From the NCBI RefSeq assembly GCF_006345805.1, contig NW_021833986.1, positions 1 through 52,051 on the forward strand: a stretch of 52,051 nt of DNA, written 5' to 3'. The notes beneath the pieces were generated by a model. That model was not told where the DNA came from and ran no database searches. It was given only the letters and a program-made list of their open reading frames with translations. Every line of letters starts with the position of its first letter. Position 1 is the stretch's first letter. This document shows, piece by piece, positions 36,829 through 49,614 of the stretch. Made by a program: the position numbers and the translations under genes. This stretch comes from Octopus sinensis (lineage: Eukaryota).

Positions 36829-36979
36829 TTAATTTCAATTATCCGCACCAACGCACGGTTGCAACGCCAGATGGTTGTACCTCCAACCGTGCTGTTCACT
36901 GCTGTGATTTTTGCTACTAAGGTATCGGTTAAACTTTTGATTAATCTACTACAAGATTATTCATCTTTCTATTTCACAT

Positions 36980-37038
36980 AATATATATATATATATATAT
37001 ATATACAAATATGTATATATATATACATACATATATGT

Positions 37039-37096
<58 letters not shown>

Positions 37097-37199
37097 TCAG
37101 AGAGAGACAGAGACGTTGACATATATATTATATATATATAGATATATATATATATACAAATATGTATATATATATACATACATTATAGTATGTATATAT

Positions 37200-37240
<41 letters not shown>

Positions 37241-37272
37241 ATATTCAGAGAGAGACAGAGACGTTGATATAT

Positions 37273-37318
<46 letters not shown>

Positions 37319-37320
37319 CA
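36980..37320. repeat. Compound microsatellite with ~145-bp tandem duplication
   Basis: Unique spacer tattcagagagagacagagacgttga occurs at ~37093 and ~37240, each after (TG)n. Confidence 0.85.
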
Positions 37321-38164
37321 CATAAATAAATGTATATACGTATGCGCACATGTGGATGTGTTCGAATGTCTCTCGTTTATGATTGCTACTTTAGATTAAG
37401 TCCTCAAGTGATTGTTTATATAAGTAGATTATTCGTATTTCAATCTCGTTTGGTTTTATCTTCGATAAATAATAAAAGGTGAATATTACCTGAAGTCATA
37501 TTTACTTGCTTTTCTCATTTTGTACAATAATTGCACTGCACCATTAACTTTATATACCATAGACCTAATGGATGCATTAATTCTGTGGAGTGAAAAGCAT
37601 AGGAGTTAATAAATTCTGACCAAACCATAAATATCCTTATGTAAATTGTATAGAAATTGTATACAACTCAAGTGAGAAAAAATATACTTTACTCCAATGG
37701 AATAGAATGAGATGCAATTAGTTTACATTTACAATAATTTAGTATTTTATACGTCTTTCATACGACTTCTCCCGGGGATTTTATCATAACTTTATTTTAC
37801 AATAAACAAATTGTATGTTTCTCATCAAATGGCACTCGTATCATAACAGAGAAATTAATAAAGAGTAATTGTACAACTTCGTTTTCTTTCTTATTTATTA
37901 TTATTTCTAATGTGATTATCCGGTGATAGAGTAAAAATCGGATCGTTGGCGATACATTGTTAAATTTCCTTGTTAATATTTACCAATGGATAACAAAATA
38001 AGCTGGCGGAAATAACTCAAGTGGTACACTAGCAGCAATGTAGATAAGAAAATAATTGTTGAAGGACAAAATGTGTTGAAGGTCGAATGATTCGAATTTA
38101 ATTGATATTTTCCACTTGACTGAAGAAAGAAAATAAAAACACTTGCGGCGGTGTTGCTAATGGA

Positions 38165-38575
38165 TGACTTTTAAGTATTAGCGGAATCGTTAGCGCATTC
38201 AACATGAGTTCACATTCTGCAGAGATCGACTTTCCGGTTTATAATCTCAGGGTCGATAAAACAAATCTTAGCTGAGCACTGAGGTCCATGCAATTGAGAG
38301 CCCCTGCTCCAAAACTTTAGGGATTTTTTCCAATAAAGGACAGGATTGTTACTATTCCTAAGGTGGTGAGTTGGAAGAGCTGTTAGCACACCGGGGAAAA
38401 TGATATACGCCATTTTGTCTGCATCTTATGTTCTCAGTTTAAATTGTGCCGAGTTCGACTTCACCTCTGACCCATTCGAGTTCGATCAAAAATATATACC
38501 AGTTGAAATTCGGGTCAGTATAATTGACTTAACCACTCCCCATAAGTTGCTGGACTTGTGCTAAAACTTGAAACT
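38165..38575 (+). mobile_element. Two highly degraded family-D-like units
   Basis: gcggaatcgttagcgc...gatcgactttcc...ggtcgataaa and ggtgagttggaagagctgttagcacaccggg...gccgagttcgacttcacc. Confidence 0.55.
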
Positions 38576-39197
38576 AATAATATTTTTGTTGCCCTTGTTG
38601 TTGTTATTCTTCTTCTTCTTTTTCTTCTTCTTCTGATATCATAATTATGTGTAATTTTAATAATTCATTCGAGTATGTTACTAATTATTGTGTCCCTGTC
38701 TGTTGTATATAATTCACTCTTACAAATTTGTCTCGATATCGAAAACGCAATTTTCTCATTTTATTTTATGTTATTCATTCTAAGTAAGTAATTATATTCC
38801 GTTCTGAAATGGTCAACGACACCACAGTTGTTCTGCCATTACATCCAAAATATATATCGTAAAATTAAATTCTGTCTATGTTGCATAATAACAACTCACG
38901 TTACAGACTATAAGTACTTTGAATTCAGTCAACGTAGCCTGGCTATATATCTTCATAATTCTTCTATTCATATATTTTCCATGTAAAACTTAGATATAGT
39001 TGCACGTCTGTTGGAACAGACATATCGACGAAGGAACACTAATTATTCAAAAATGGCCATAACAGGAATCTTAGGACGAAACACTATCATCTTACGAGGT
39101 AATTCTCTAAAACATGATTTAATATTGGTTTATTGCATTTCCTTTCATAATGGCTTCATATTACCAAATTTACGAAACTTAAATCACCGACAACGTC

Positions 39198-39302
<105 letters not shown>

Positions 39303-39638
39303 TATATATATATATATACACGTTCAGTAAAACTTTAGATTCAGTACTTAAGTTAAAGGCACCAGAATTTAGTATGGTATTATCCACATAATTCAAAATG
39401 GGGTGATTAAAATCAAAATAAGCAACAAGGATATCCAGAAGTAATGCAGTAAGATCGTTTCATGTGACTCCATTTAATTGAACAATACAAGTATTACATC
39501 AATTTGAAAATGTAAAGCTATCTTCAGCTGTATAAAATATAGAATTTATTTAAATTTAAAAGATTCATTTTCATAGTTATACCATTAACTAAAATCAAAA
39601 GAGGGTAAGTAGGTATATATATATATATATATATATAT

Positions 39639-39690
<52 letters not shown>

Positions 39691-39928
39691 TAGAGTATGT
39701 GAGTGTGTGTGCGTGAGTTCATGAGTGTGTGTCTGTGTGTGAAAATTAGAATGACAAAGGAAAAGAAATGATCTAATGGACTTTATTACCTTAGAGATGT
39801 TCTGCCACAAGTTGCAATGCACTTATAGTTGTATGCTTTTATATCACTCTATAGCTTCATCAGAAATTCAAAGTTGAAGCGCCATTTTATTTGGGTAAGC
39901 AAATATATGAATATATACATACACACAA

Positions 39929-39965
<37 letters not shown>

Positions 39966-40041
39966 GCAAACATTTTGTTGTGATGAGAGTTATGACGCCT
40001 TCTTGTGAGAGATAGAATGGCCTGAGTAAACTATAAATAGT

Positions 40042-40443
40042 GGGCGTAGGAGAGGCTGTGTGGTAGGTAGCTTGCTTACGAACCACACTTTCGGGTTCAG
40101 TTCCACTGCGTGGCACCTTGGGCAAGTGTCTTCTACTGTAGCCTTGGGCCGACCAAATCCTTGTGAGTGGATTTGGTAGACGGAAAGAATCCTGTCGTAT
40201 ATGTGTATATATGTGTGTGTGTGTATGTTTGTGTGTCTGTGTTTGTCACACTACCCCCAACAACGTTTGACAACCGATGCTAGTGTGTTTACGTCCCCGT
40301 ATCTTAGTGGTTCGGCAAAAGAGACCGATAGAATAAGTACTAGGCTTGCAAAAAATAATTCCCGGGGTCAATTTGCTCGACTAAAGGCGGTGCTTCAGCG
40401 TGGCCACTGTCAAATGACTGAAACAAGTAAAATAGTAAAAGAG
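40042..40443 (+). mobile_element. SINE family C inserted in the 5' LTR
   Basis: Full C copy interrupting LTR sequence. Confidence 0.9.
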
Positions 40444-40706
40444 AGTAACGATCCGAGAGAGTTTGAGAGTTCAGAGTTTGGAGGCGATTGAACTTCGTGT
40501 TAGTTCGCAGAGAAACCGGGAGGAATATTGATTGTTGGTTCGTAAAGAGATTTGTTAGTTCGTTACATAAACGTTACTGTTGTCTGGTTATCTTATTTAT
40601 TGTATGTAATAAATTACATATATATATATATATATATGTATATGTATGTATGTACGTATGTACGTATGAACGTATGTATGTATGCGTGTGTGTATGTATG
40701 TATGTA

Positions 40707-40743
<37 letters not shown>

Positions 40744-40804
40744 TTGCTTACCCAAATAAAATGGCCCTTCAACTTTGAATTTCCGATGAATCTATAGGGT
40801 AATC

Positions 40805-40817
40805 TGGCGACGAAGAT
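40805..40817 (+). promoter_or_regulatory. Primer-binding site, tRNA-Ser(GCU)-type
   Basis: tggcgacgaagat matches TGGCGACGAGGAT, the complement of the conserved eukaryotic tRNA-Ser(GCU) 3' end, at 12 of 13 positions (tRNA sequence recalled, not looked up). Confidence 0.7.
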
Positions 40818-40872
40818 ATCGAAGCTCACTTAGGTTATTCAACAATTATTTCGAGATACGACATGTTAAATA

Positions 40873-42985
40873 ATGGAAGATCTATTAGCTACCATAGTAC
40901 AGTTGCAAGAGCAACAACAAGGACAGCAAAAGGATGTGGAGGCGCAATGGCCCAGTGGTTAGGGCAGCGGACTCGCGGTCGGAGGATCGCTGTTTCGATT
41001 CCCAGACCGAGTGTTGTGTGTGTTTATTGAGCGAAAACACCTAAAGCTCTTCGAGTCTCCGGTAGGGGGTGGTGGCGACCCCTGTTGTACTCTTTCGCTC
41101 CAACTTTCTCTCACTCTTTCTTCCTGTTTCTTATCCCCGACCTCCTACGCAATCGCTGCGCCTGGATGCGCATTCATCCATCCTTCGATGCTCTCGGTGT
41201 CGGTGGTTGACCTGCTTCCTCTTCTGCGGGTCTTCCGAATAGCAAAGGACTACGTTTCGGACTTCTCTCACTACAGCTGGGACCAAGACCGCTTCGCTCA
41301 ACAAACAAACAATCAGCAACAGGAATTGCAGAAGCAACTATTACAGCAACAACTACGACATCAACAATTATTGGAGATATATTCAGAGAAGTCCAAAAAT
41401 TAGGTGAGTTCGTCTTCGCCAAGACGGCGTCTGGAACTCGCTTAATGAATTCAGTTATAACCCAGGGGTGGGTATGAATTTTGCATCGTACTACAAAAGG
41501 TACGCGGAGATTTTAAATCCAGATTGCAAATCATGGTGGAACGAACAAAAAGTGAGTTTGTTATTGAGAAAATTAGCTGCGTTACAGCATGAAGATTACT
41601 GTAATTTCATAATGGCCAAAGAAGCCAATGAAATTTGTTTTAAAGAAACAGCATGATTAATATCTAATATATTCGGTGATAAACCTTCTCAATTTAACAT
41701 TCGAATTGAGTCGAATGATGACTTTATCACAAACGCAGTAACAGTCAACCGGATGCGTGGAAGTTTTAAAAATCGAAGGACTTACACCTGAGAGGTTCAG
41801 GTGTCTTTTTTTTGTACAAGGCCTTCCAGTAAGCGGAGAGATATAAAAACGGGCAAGGATTATTTCTAAATTGGAACAAGCTAACCAAGAAGTAACCTTG
41901 CAGTCCGTAGCAGAAGAATGCCAAAGAAGAACGGTAAACCTGAAACACGATGTAGAAGACATTTAAGTAAAGGATCCCTCAAAAATACAGATATGCCGAT
42001 CAGCAAAGTACAACCAAAAAAGAGCGCCACGTCCTAATCCATGTTATGGATATGGGGTGTGCCAAAGATTTCAGAGTATGTTCTTTTAAAAATCAAAGAT
42101 GTTCTAGTTGCAAAAACATTGTTCACAAGTGTTCATTTTGCAGAACAAAATTACGATGGTCAAATGTTAAAAATGCTAGGGTGTTGTTCTCAGTAGAAAC
42201 GAAAGTCGACTCCCAAATAAGAAAACTGGAAGACGTAAAAATATATGTAATACATATCAAACTTCAATTGGATACTTGAAGTGATATGTCAATAGTAAAT
42301 ATGGACACTTGGAAGGATATGGGTAAATTTATGTTAAGAAGAAACAACGAAATCTGCTCGTAGCGAAACGGGTGGCAAATTACATTTCCTGGGCGAAATG
42401 TGAACTAATGTCACATTTCGAGGGAAAGCTTGCAATGCGAAAATGAGCGTAGTTAAAAATGAGGCCGATCTGTTTGGTACCGATTGGTTAGAATTACTCG
42501 ATTTATGGGAACTTCCCGTAAAATTTCTATTGCAAAAATGAAAATTGTTCTCCCTCAAAAAATTATTCGTCTGAAGAGTTAAAGAGGAAAATGTTTTTAA
42601 AAATGTTTCTGCAAGCAATCTCGGACAAAATAGGTCTGTTCACTAAGGCGTAATTTGAATTCGGTCATAACGTTAAACCTGTGTTCAAGTCTAATATGTA
42701 AGTCCCTTTTGCGGCAATAATATAAGTGAACGATGAGTTAGACAGATAGGAAAAGAAAAACAGAATCATTGAATAAGTGGATTACAAGAAATGGGCAGCT
42801 CCGACTCTCTGTAGAAAAAAATGATGACAAAATTACTTTCTGTGCCGATTTTTGAACCGGTGTAAATGACTGTTTTGAAATGAACCATTATGCACTACCG
42901 ACCCCAGATGATATTTTTACAAAATTAAACGAAGGAAAAATATTTTCAAAACTCGATCTGTCTGACACCTATCTACAAATCAAAT
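40873..42985 (+). pseudogene. Gypsy gag-pol pseudogene
   Basis: MEDLLATIVQLQEQQQ...; FASYYKRYAEILNPDCKSWWNEQKVSLLLRKL; CLFFVQGL...LEQ..TLQSVAEECQR; C-rich knuckle at ~42040-42140; protease LQLDT*SDMSIV; RT WAAP...CADF*TGVND...ALPTPDDIFTKLNEGKIFSKLDLSDTYLQ. Many stops and frameshifts. Confidence 0.9.
40936..41132 (+). mobile_element. SINE head A (3' truncated) inserted in gag
   Basis: Near-perfect head A, ending at tcttcctgtttctt. Confidence 0.9.
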
Positions 42986-43326
42986 ACCTAGAAAGGGAAG
43001 GAATTTTGATCGGTGTTTCGTAAAGACATTTGTTAGTTCGTTACATTAATTTTACTGTTGTCTGATTATATTATTTACTGAACGCAACAAATTACGTTAC
43101 AACACATTATCAAGGGGAAATACAGAAACCTAATAAACATATGCAAGAAATAAGCTCAGGTGTTTGAAGGGGGATTCTTACTATTTGAAGGCAGGATTGT
43201 TACTATTGCTAATAGAACTGGAATAGAATAAAAACTTATATATCAATGAATCAATCAATTTATATTTATCTCACTCACTCTCGTTCTCTCTCTCCACACA
43301 CACAGATATATATACACACATACACA

Positions 43327-43370
<44 letters not shown>

Positions 43371-43454
43371 AGAATGCCACTTATATTTGAACACTCTACA
43401 AATATTCCTTTAAAAAAACTTTTCTTTTAATTTTTCTAAATTTAATTATTTAAT

Positions 43455-43500
43455 CGTTACAGTTGAAAAGGTCTCAAAATGACCGAAACCGGTTCTTAAA
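43455..43500 (+). ncRNA. Degenerate minimal hammerhead-ribozyme-like motif (probable Penelope-like relic)
   Basis: ttacag-TTGAAAA-GGTC tcaaaat GACC-GAAA-CCGG-TT-cttaaa. Stem II is intact and stem III is the palindrome ACCGGT, but the CUGANGA box has 2 substitutions. Confidence 0.4.
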
Positions 43501-43549
43501 TGTTCTTTATAAAATTATTTTAGCATTTTCTATTTTGACTTGTTTTTAC

Positions 43550-43597
<48 letters not shown>

Positions 43598-44147
43598 ATA
43601 TAATATATAATATAAAGTAAAGAGAAACCAGCCAAAATGAAGAGTAAGTACGGTAGGCAGCTTTTTAATGATCGCTACAATGTTTCTAGACATATAGATC
43701 TACGTATATATATAGGATTTAAATCAAAATTAAATTGCTGACGACTTACCGGTATAACAAGATCCATACGTATCTCCTCGGACGATATTTAATCGCTGTC
43801 TCCGCAAGTAAGTTTTGATTTCAATGCTATTACATCCATCGCACCTTTGAAACTAACAAACGCTGACGATCGATAATCAAATGGGTGGGGCCATGTCATG
43901 TTATACAAGTTTTTTTTCAAAGATACCAAAGTTATAAAAGCACTTGAATAGAAAATTATTTACTACAGATATTAACATCGTATTTGAACAAAAGCTTGTA
44001 TCTTTTATGTAAGAAGTGCTTTAGCTACTGACACAAATATCCATATCTTGCAAAGAATATTTGTTTTGCTGGAATTTGAAGAAATTGACAAATTCGTTCT
44101 TTGAGTAGATAATCAAAGTTATATTTACGAATGTTGCTCTATGTATT

Positions 44148-44433
44148 AGTGGAGGCTCATGTCCTAGTGGTTAGAGCAGCAAACTTGCGGTCGAGGGATC
44201 GCGGGTTCGAATCTCAGACCAGGCGATGTGTGTGTTTATGAGCAAAACACTTAAGCTCCACGCTGCTCCGGCAGAAGATAATGGTGAATTTCTGCTTACT
44301 CTTTCGCCACAACTTTCTCTCACTCAATCCTCCAGCATCTTGCAGCTCACCTGCGACGGACCGGCGTCCTGTCCAGGTGGGGAAACAGTGAAACCAGCGC
44401 TTATGAGCCAGGCATGGCTCGGGGAGGAACAAA
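44148..44433 (+). mobile_element. SINE head A + tail 2
   Basis: 11-bp TSD ctctatgtatt at 44137-44147 and 44434-44444. Tail cctgcgacggaccggcgtcctgtccagg. Confidence 0.92.
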
Positions 44434-44474
44434 CTCTATGTATTGAAATTATACAATCACAGAAATGTTGTGTT

Positions 44475-44675
44475 GTGACCCCTTTCGGTCATGAATAATC
44501 ATGGGATTGCACCTAGAAAGTTACCCTCCAAGGTACAAGTTTCGGTAAGGCTGTTTATGGAAGACCAGCAGTCGCCCACGCATACCAACCTCCCATCTCC
44601 ACACCACCGATGGTATCCAAGGGAAGGGCAAAGGGGCCGATACAACTTGGCACCAGTGAAGTCGCAGCTCATTTA
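44475..44675 (-). mobile_element. Fragment of another retroposon tail
   Basis: GC-richer block ggaagaccagcagtcgccca...ggggccgatacaacttggcaccagtga.gtcgca.ctcatt. Its reverse complement continues the aatgagt junction seen in head-B SINEs. Confidence 0.55.
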
Positions 44676-44972
44676 TTAACGTGCAAGTGGCTGAGCACTC
44701 CACAAACACGTGTACCCTTAACGTAGTTCTCGGGGAAATTCAGCGTGACACAGAGAGTGACAAGGCTGGCTCTTTGAAAAACAGGAAGAAAGAGTGGGAG
44801 AAAGTTGTGGTTAAAGAGTACAGCAGGGTTCACCACCATCCCCTGCCGGAGCCTCGTGGGGCATTAGGTGTTTTCGCTCAATAAACACTCACAATGTCTG
44901 GTCTGGGAATCGAAGCCGCGATCCTACGACCGCGAATCCGCTGCGCTAACCACTGGGTCATTGCACCTCCAC
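44676..44972 (-). mobile_element. SINE head A + tail 1 (3' truncated)
   Basis: Reverse complement of tail 1 and head A. Confidence 0.9.
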
Positions 44973-45032
44973 CACAACTATAATTCTAACTTTAACAACA
45001 CATTTAAAGAATTGTAAAAGAAATTTAATAAC

Positions 45033-45265
45033 TATTTCTTTACTACCCGCAAGGGGATAAACACAGAGGGGACAAACAAGGACAGAAAAACGGATTAAGA
45101 TGATTATATCGACCCCAGTGCGTAACTGGTAATTATTTAATCGACCTCGAAAGGATGAAAAGCAAAGTCGACCTCGGTGGAATTTGAACTCAAAACGTAG
45201 CGGCAGACGAAATACGGCTAAGCATTTCGCCCGGCGTGCTAACGATTCTGCCAGCTCGCCGCCTT
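45033..45265 (-). mobile_element. SINE family D with 15-bp TSD
   Basis: aagaaatttaataac at 45018-45032 and 45266-45280. Confidence 0.95.
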
Positions 45266-45874
45266 AAGAAATTTAATAACATGCAATAAGGTGAAACAAA
45301 AAATATTTTGTTCAAAGTTACTCCGGTGTTCAAACTAACCCCATTTCATGGAAATCGAACTATATTGGATTTCTGCTATCAATGAGTCATCGTTTGCTAC
45401 CCAAGCACTGTTGAAATATGATTTAATTAATTTATACTTGATCAAATTTATGCGGTAGTTATTGTGTATGTCGTCGCTTGTCATTACCAGGATTTGATAT
45501 TCTGTTGCCTTATTTTCCACCCAGATCTGAATTATTTTCAACAAAATCTACTTTTACTTCTTTTCGTCACATTAACCACCTGAACACTGTTTTATATTTA
45601 TTACTCTCCCTGTAGTAATAAACATATAACATTTATGTTTTTGTTAAATTCTATTAGGTACATACCTTGATTTAGTCTAACGATATGTTTGCATTTTAAC
45701 AGTAGACCTATTATTAACTTACTCAAATTACAGAATCCTCATACTATACACCATATTTTGTATATTGTGTATATTTGTATAAAGTATATTATATTTCTAT
45801 CCAGGATTTCAAATGAATTTTTCTGTTTCATTGTTTATTAGAGTTAATTTACTTCCTGTCTGCTACCGAAACAG

Positions 45875-45998
45875 CCATACATATATATGCATACACACAC
45901 ACACACACCACAACACACACGAAAACACACATATATAACAAAGTATCATAGTAATTTAGTATAAGTGATATATAATATAAATATACATTATATATATA

Positions 45999-46034
<36 letters not shown>

Positions 46035-46195
46035 TATATAGAGAGAGAGAAAGAGAGAGAGAGAGAGATACACATGTATATATATATATAAAGCCACACA
46101 CAGGCAGGCGAAACACCACAACATTAAATATATACATATATAAATATATATATACATATACATATATATAGATTATATATATACATATACATATA

Positions 46196-46241
<46 letters not shown>

Positions 46242-46269
46242 ATATACATACATATATAGATATACATAC

Positions 46270-46318
<49 letters not shown>

Positions 46319-46854
46319 CTATATAATATATACATATACATATATACATATATATATATACATATACATATATATATGTACATATATATATATACATATA
46401 CATATGTATATATACATATGGAACATATATATAACATATACATATGTATATACATATATACAAAATATATATAATATTATACATAAATATAATATATACA
46501 TATATATAATATATATATATATACATATTATATAAACATATATATACATATATATATATACATATATATAAATATATATATATATACATATATATACATA
46601 TATATATAATATACATATAATATATACATTATATATATATATACATATATATATATACATATATATATATACATATATATATATTACATACATATAATAT
46701 ACATATATATATATATACATATATATATACATACATATATACATACATATATATATATATACATATATATATATACATATATATATAACATATATATATA
46801 CATATATATATATACATACATATATAATAATATAACATATATATACATATATAT

Positions 46855-46902
<48 letters not shown>

Positions 46903-47001
46903 CTAATATATATACATATATATATATTATACATATATATATATATATACATATATATATACATATATATATATATAATATATATATACATATATATATA
47001 T

Positions 47002-47032
<31 letters not shown>

Positions 47033-47083
47033 ACATATATATTACATATATATATATATATATATATAATACATATATATATA
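45875..47083. repeat. ~1.2-kb (TA)n/(TATACA)n compound microsatellite
   Basis: Direct inspection. Confidence 0.97.
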
Positions 47084-47134
47084 TGTTCGTACACATGCAT
47101 CATACAGTCTGCCTTTTACTCTGAGCTCTCGCTA

Positions 47135-48197
47135 AGAGTAAAAGGCAGACTGTATGATGCATGTGTCCGAACAGCTATGCTACATGGCAGTGAAACATGG
47201 GCCGTGACTGCTGAGGACATACGTAAGCTCGTGAGGAACGAAGCCAGTATGCTCCGATGGATGTGTAATGTCAGTGTACTTACTCGACAGAGCGTTAGTA
47301 CCTTGAGAGAAATGTTGTACCTAAGAAGCATCAGTTGTGGTGTGCAAGAGAGACGATTGCGCTGGTATGGTCATGTGGCGAGAATGGATGAAGATAGGTG
47401 TGTGAGAAAGTGCCAATCCCTAGCAGTTGAGGGAACCGTGGAAGAGGTAGACCCAGGAAAAACCATGGGACGAGGTGGTGAAAGCACGCCTTCGGACGTT
47501 AGGTCTCACCATGGAAATGACTAGAGACCGAGACCTATGGAAGTATGCTGTGCGTGTGAAGACCCGGCAAGACTAGTGAAGCCATAATCCGTGGCCCCTA
47601 CCTGGGACGTAGTCAGTCCACCTGTGCATACCTTCCTTCTTGTGACACTTGTGAAGACCTGTTGAGGCAAGTGAGAATCGAATCGAATCGAATCAAATCA
47701 AATCGAACCAAATCAAAATAGATGAACATCAATGGAATTTGTATCCTTGTGGTACCAGTGCCGGTGGCACATAAGAAAACCATCCGAACGTGACCGTAGC
47801 CAGTACCGCAACGACTGGCCTCCGTGCTGAGGGCACGTAACAAACACCATCCGAGCGTGGCCGTCCGCCAGCCTCGTCTGGCACTGTGTCGGTGACACAT
47901 AAGAAAACACATCCGAGCGTGGCCGTCAGCCAGCCTCGTCTGGCACTGTGTCGGTGGCACATAAAAAACACCATCCGAGCGTGGCCGTCTGCCAGCCTCG
48001 TGGCACCTGTGGGGGGACATAAAAATCACCCACTACACTCTCGGAGTGGGTGGCGTTAGGAAGGGCATCCAGCTGTAGAAACACTGCCAGATCTGACTGG
48101 CCTGGTGCAGCCTTCGGGCTTGCCGGACCCCAGTTGAACCGTCCAACCCATGCTAGCATGGAAAGCGGACGTTTAAACGATATGATGATGATGATGA
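47135..48197 (+). mobile_element. 5'-truncated RTE-clade LINE (ORF C-terminus, 3' UTR, (GAT)n tail)
   Basis: [24 protein letters not shown]...LRWMCNV...RRLRWYGHVARMDED..VRKC..L.VEG is a typical RTE/BovB post-RT region. Ends ...ggacgtttaaacgatatgatgatgatgatgat. Confidence 0.92.
47830..48015 (+). repeat. ~59-bp minisatellite in the RTE 3' UTR
   Basis: catccgagcgtggccgtc.gccagcctcgtctggcactgtgtcggtg.cacataa repeated ~3 times, with a diverged fourth unit upstream. Confidence 0.9.
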
Positions 48198-48652
48198 TAT
48201 ATACATATAATATATATACATATATTATATATATACATATATATACATACATATATATATATAATACACATAATATATACCCATATATATATACACACAT
48301 ATATATACACATATATATACACATATATATATATACACATATATATACACATATATATATACACATATATATATACACATATATATATATACATATATAT
48401 ATACATATATATATACATATATATATATATATACACATATATATATATACATATATATATATCATATATGTATACATATATATATACATATATATATATA
48501 CACATATATATATATACATATATTATATATCATATATATATATACATATATATATACATATATATATACATATATTATATATATATATATATATGCATAC
48601 ATATATATATATTATATATATATATATATACATACTATATATATATATACTT
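48198..48652. repeat. (TA)n/(TATACACA)n compound microsatellite
   Basis: Direct inspection. Confidence 0.95.
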
Positions 48653-49614
48653 ATTAACCTAAATCGTTTCTCTTTCCTCTATTCGCATTCCTGTTTGTTC
48701 TACTCCTCTGTTTATTCAGGTATTCCTAAATAATTAAACGTCTGTGTTTGATTTAATTCAATTATCTCTACCGATTTCTCTAGTCTAGTATGCTATTAAT
48801 GGTGCTTATTAAATTTCCTCTTTCCAATATCGGGTCCTACCGCATTTTCTTAACCGAATTATTCTGAGCCTTTGATTGCCGAAACTATTAATTCTTGAAT
48901 CGAATCGAAGTAGTCTATGTAACCATCTCAGTTCACACATATACCAAATACGGCTACTTTGCTTTCCAATAACACTTATAAGAAGCCCGTATATGTTTGC
49001 TACAGGCGTTACAGCCAGAGAAAGGAGGTGGAGACGCGAATTACATTACGATACTTTTCCTGTAAAAGAAATGAGATTCGATTTTATAATTCTTTCGTCT
49101 TTTCTTTGAAATCGTATCCAAATTCCAAAACTGGAACAATTTGATATTCCTTCAGGTTCTCTGTGCGATAAGCTGGTTTTGTTTCTTTTACAGCATTGCT
49201 TCAATTTTTGATTTTTAAATAGGTGATGCCTAGCCGATCGAATGAATAATAGGCATACCTAGCATAGATACAATGCCGAGTTTTTGTTGTGGTGTAGAGT
49301 TTTTATGGTTCACTAACCTTGAGAGCGTAACTCAAGCTCCTAATAGGGTCTCTCGAGATGGAAAATTTGAAGGATGGAAACCAAACTAATATGGACCGCC
49401 TTTTATTTTAGATAGAAATAGGTTTACGTAGGACGAGCAGCCCTACATAGAAAGTAGCGGAAGCATAGATGACAATTAAAAAGAAAGATCTACGAGAGAA
49501 AGCAAGATTTTACAGAGCCAAGAGATGTGGAAAAACATCGTCGATGGTCTACGCCTCATAAGGTGAGAAGGACCTAATTAAGCAATACCTAGCACGGAAA
49601 ATTTAAAGAACATG

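Larger units (their letters stand above)
39976..43104 (+). mobile_element. Decayed Ty3/Gypsy (Mag-like) LTR retrotransposon, 3' pol deleted
   Basis: Starts tgttgtg, ends acaaca. TSD cattt/catta. LTR homology between ~40510-40618 and ~42990-43097. PBS at 40805. Gag, zinc knuckle, protease and partial RT inside. Confidence 0.88.

Noticed and set aside
47830-48015. CRISPR-like regularly repeated units
   Set aside because: Contiguous ~59-bp tandem units without unique spacers, in a eukaryotic LINE UTR.
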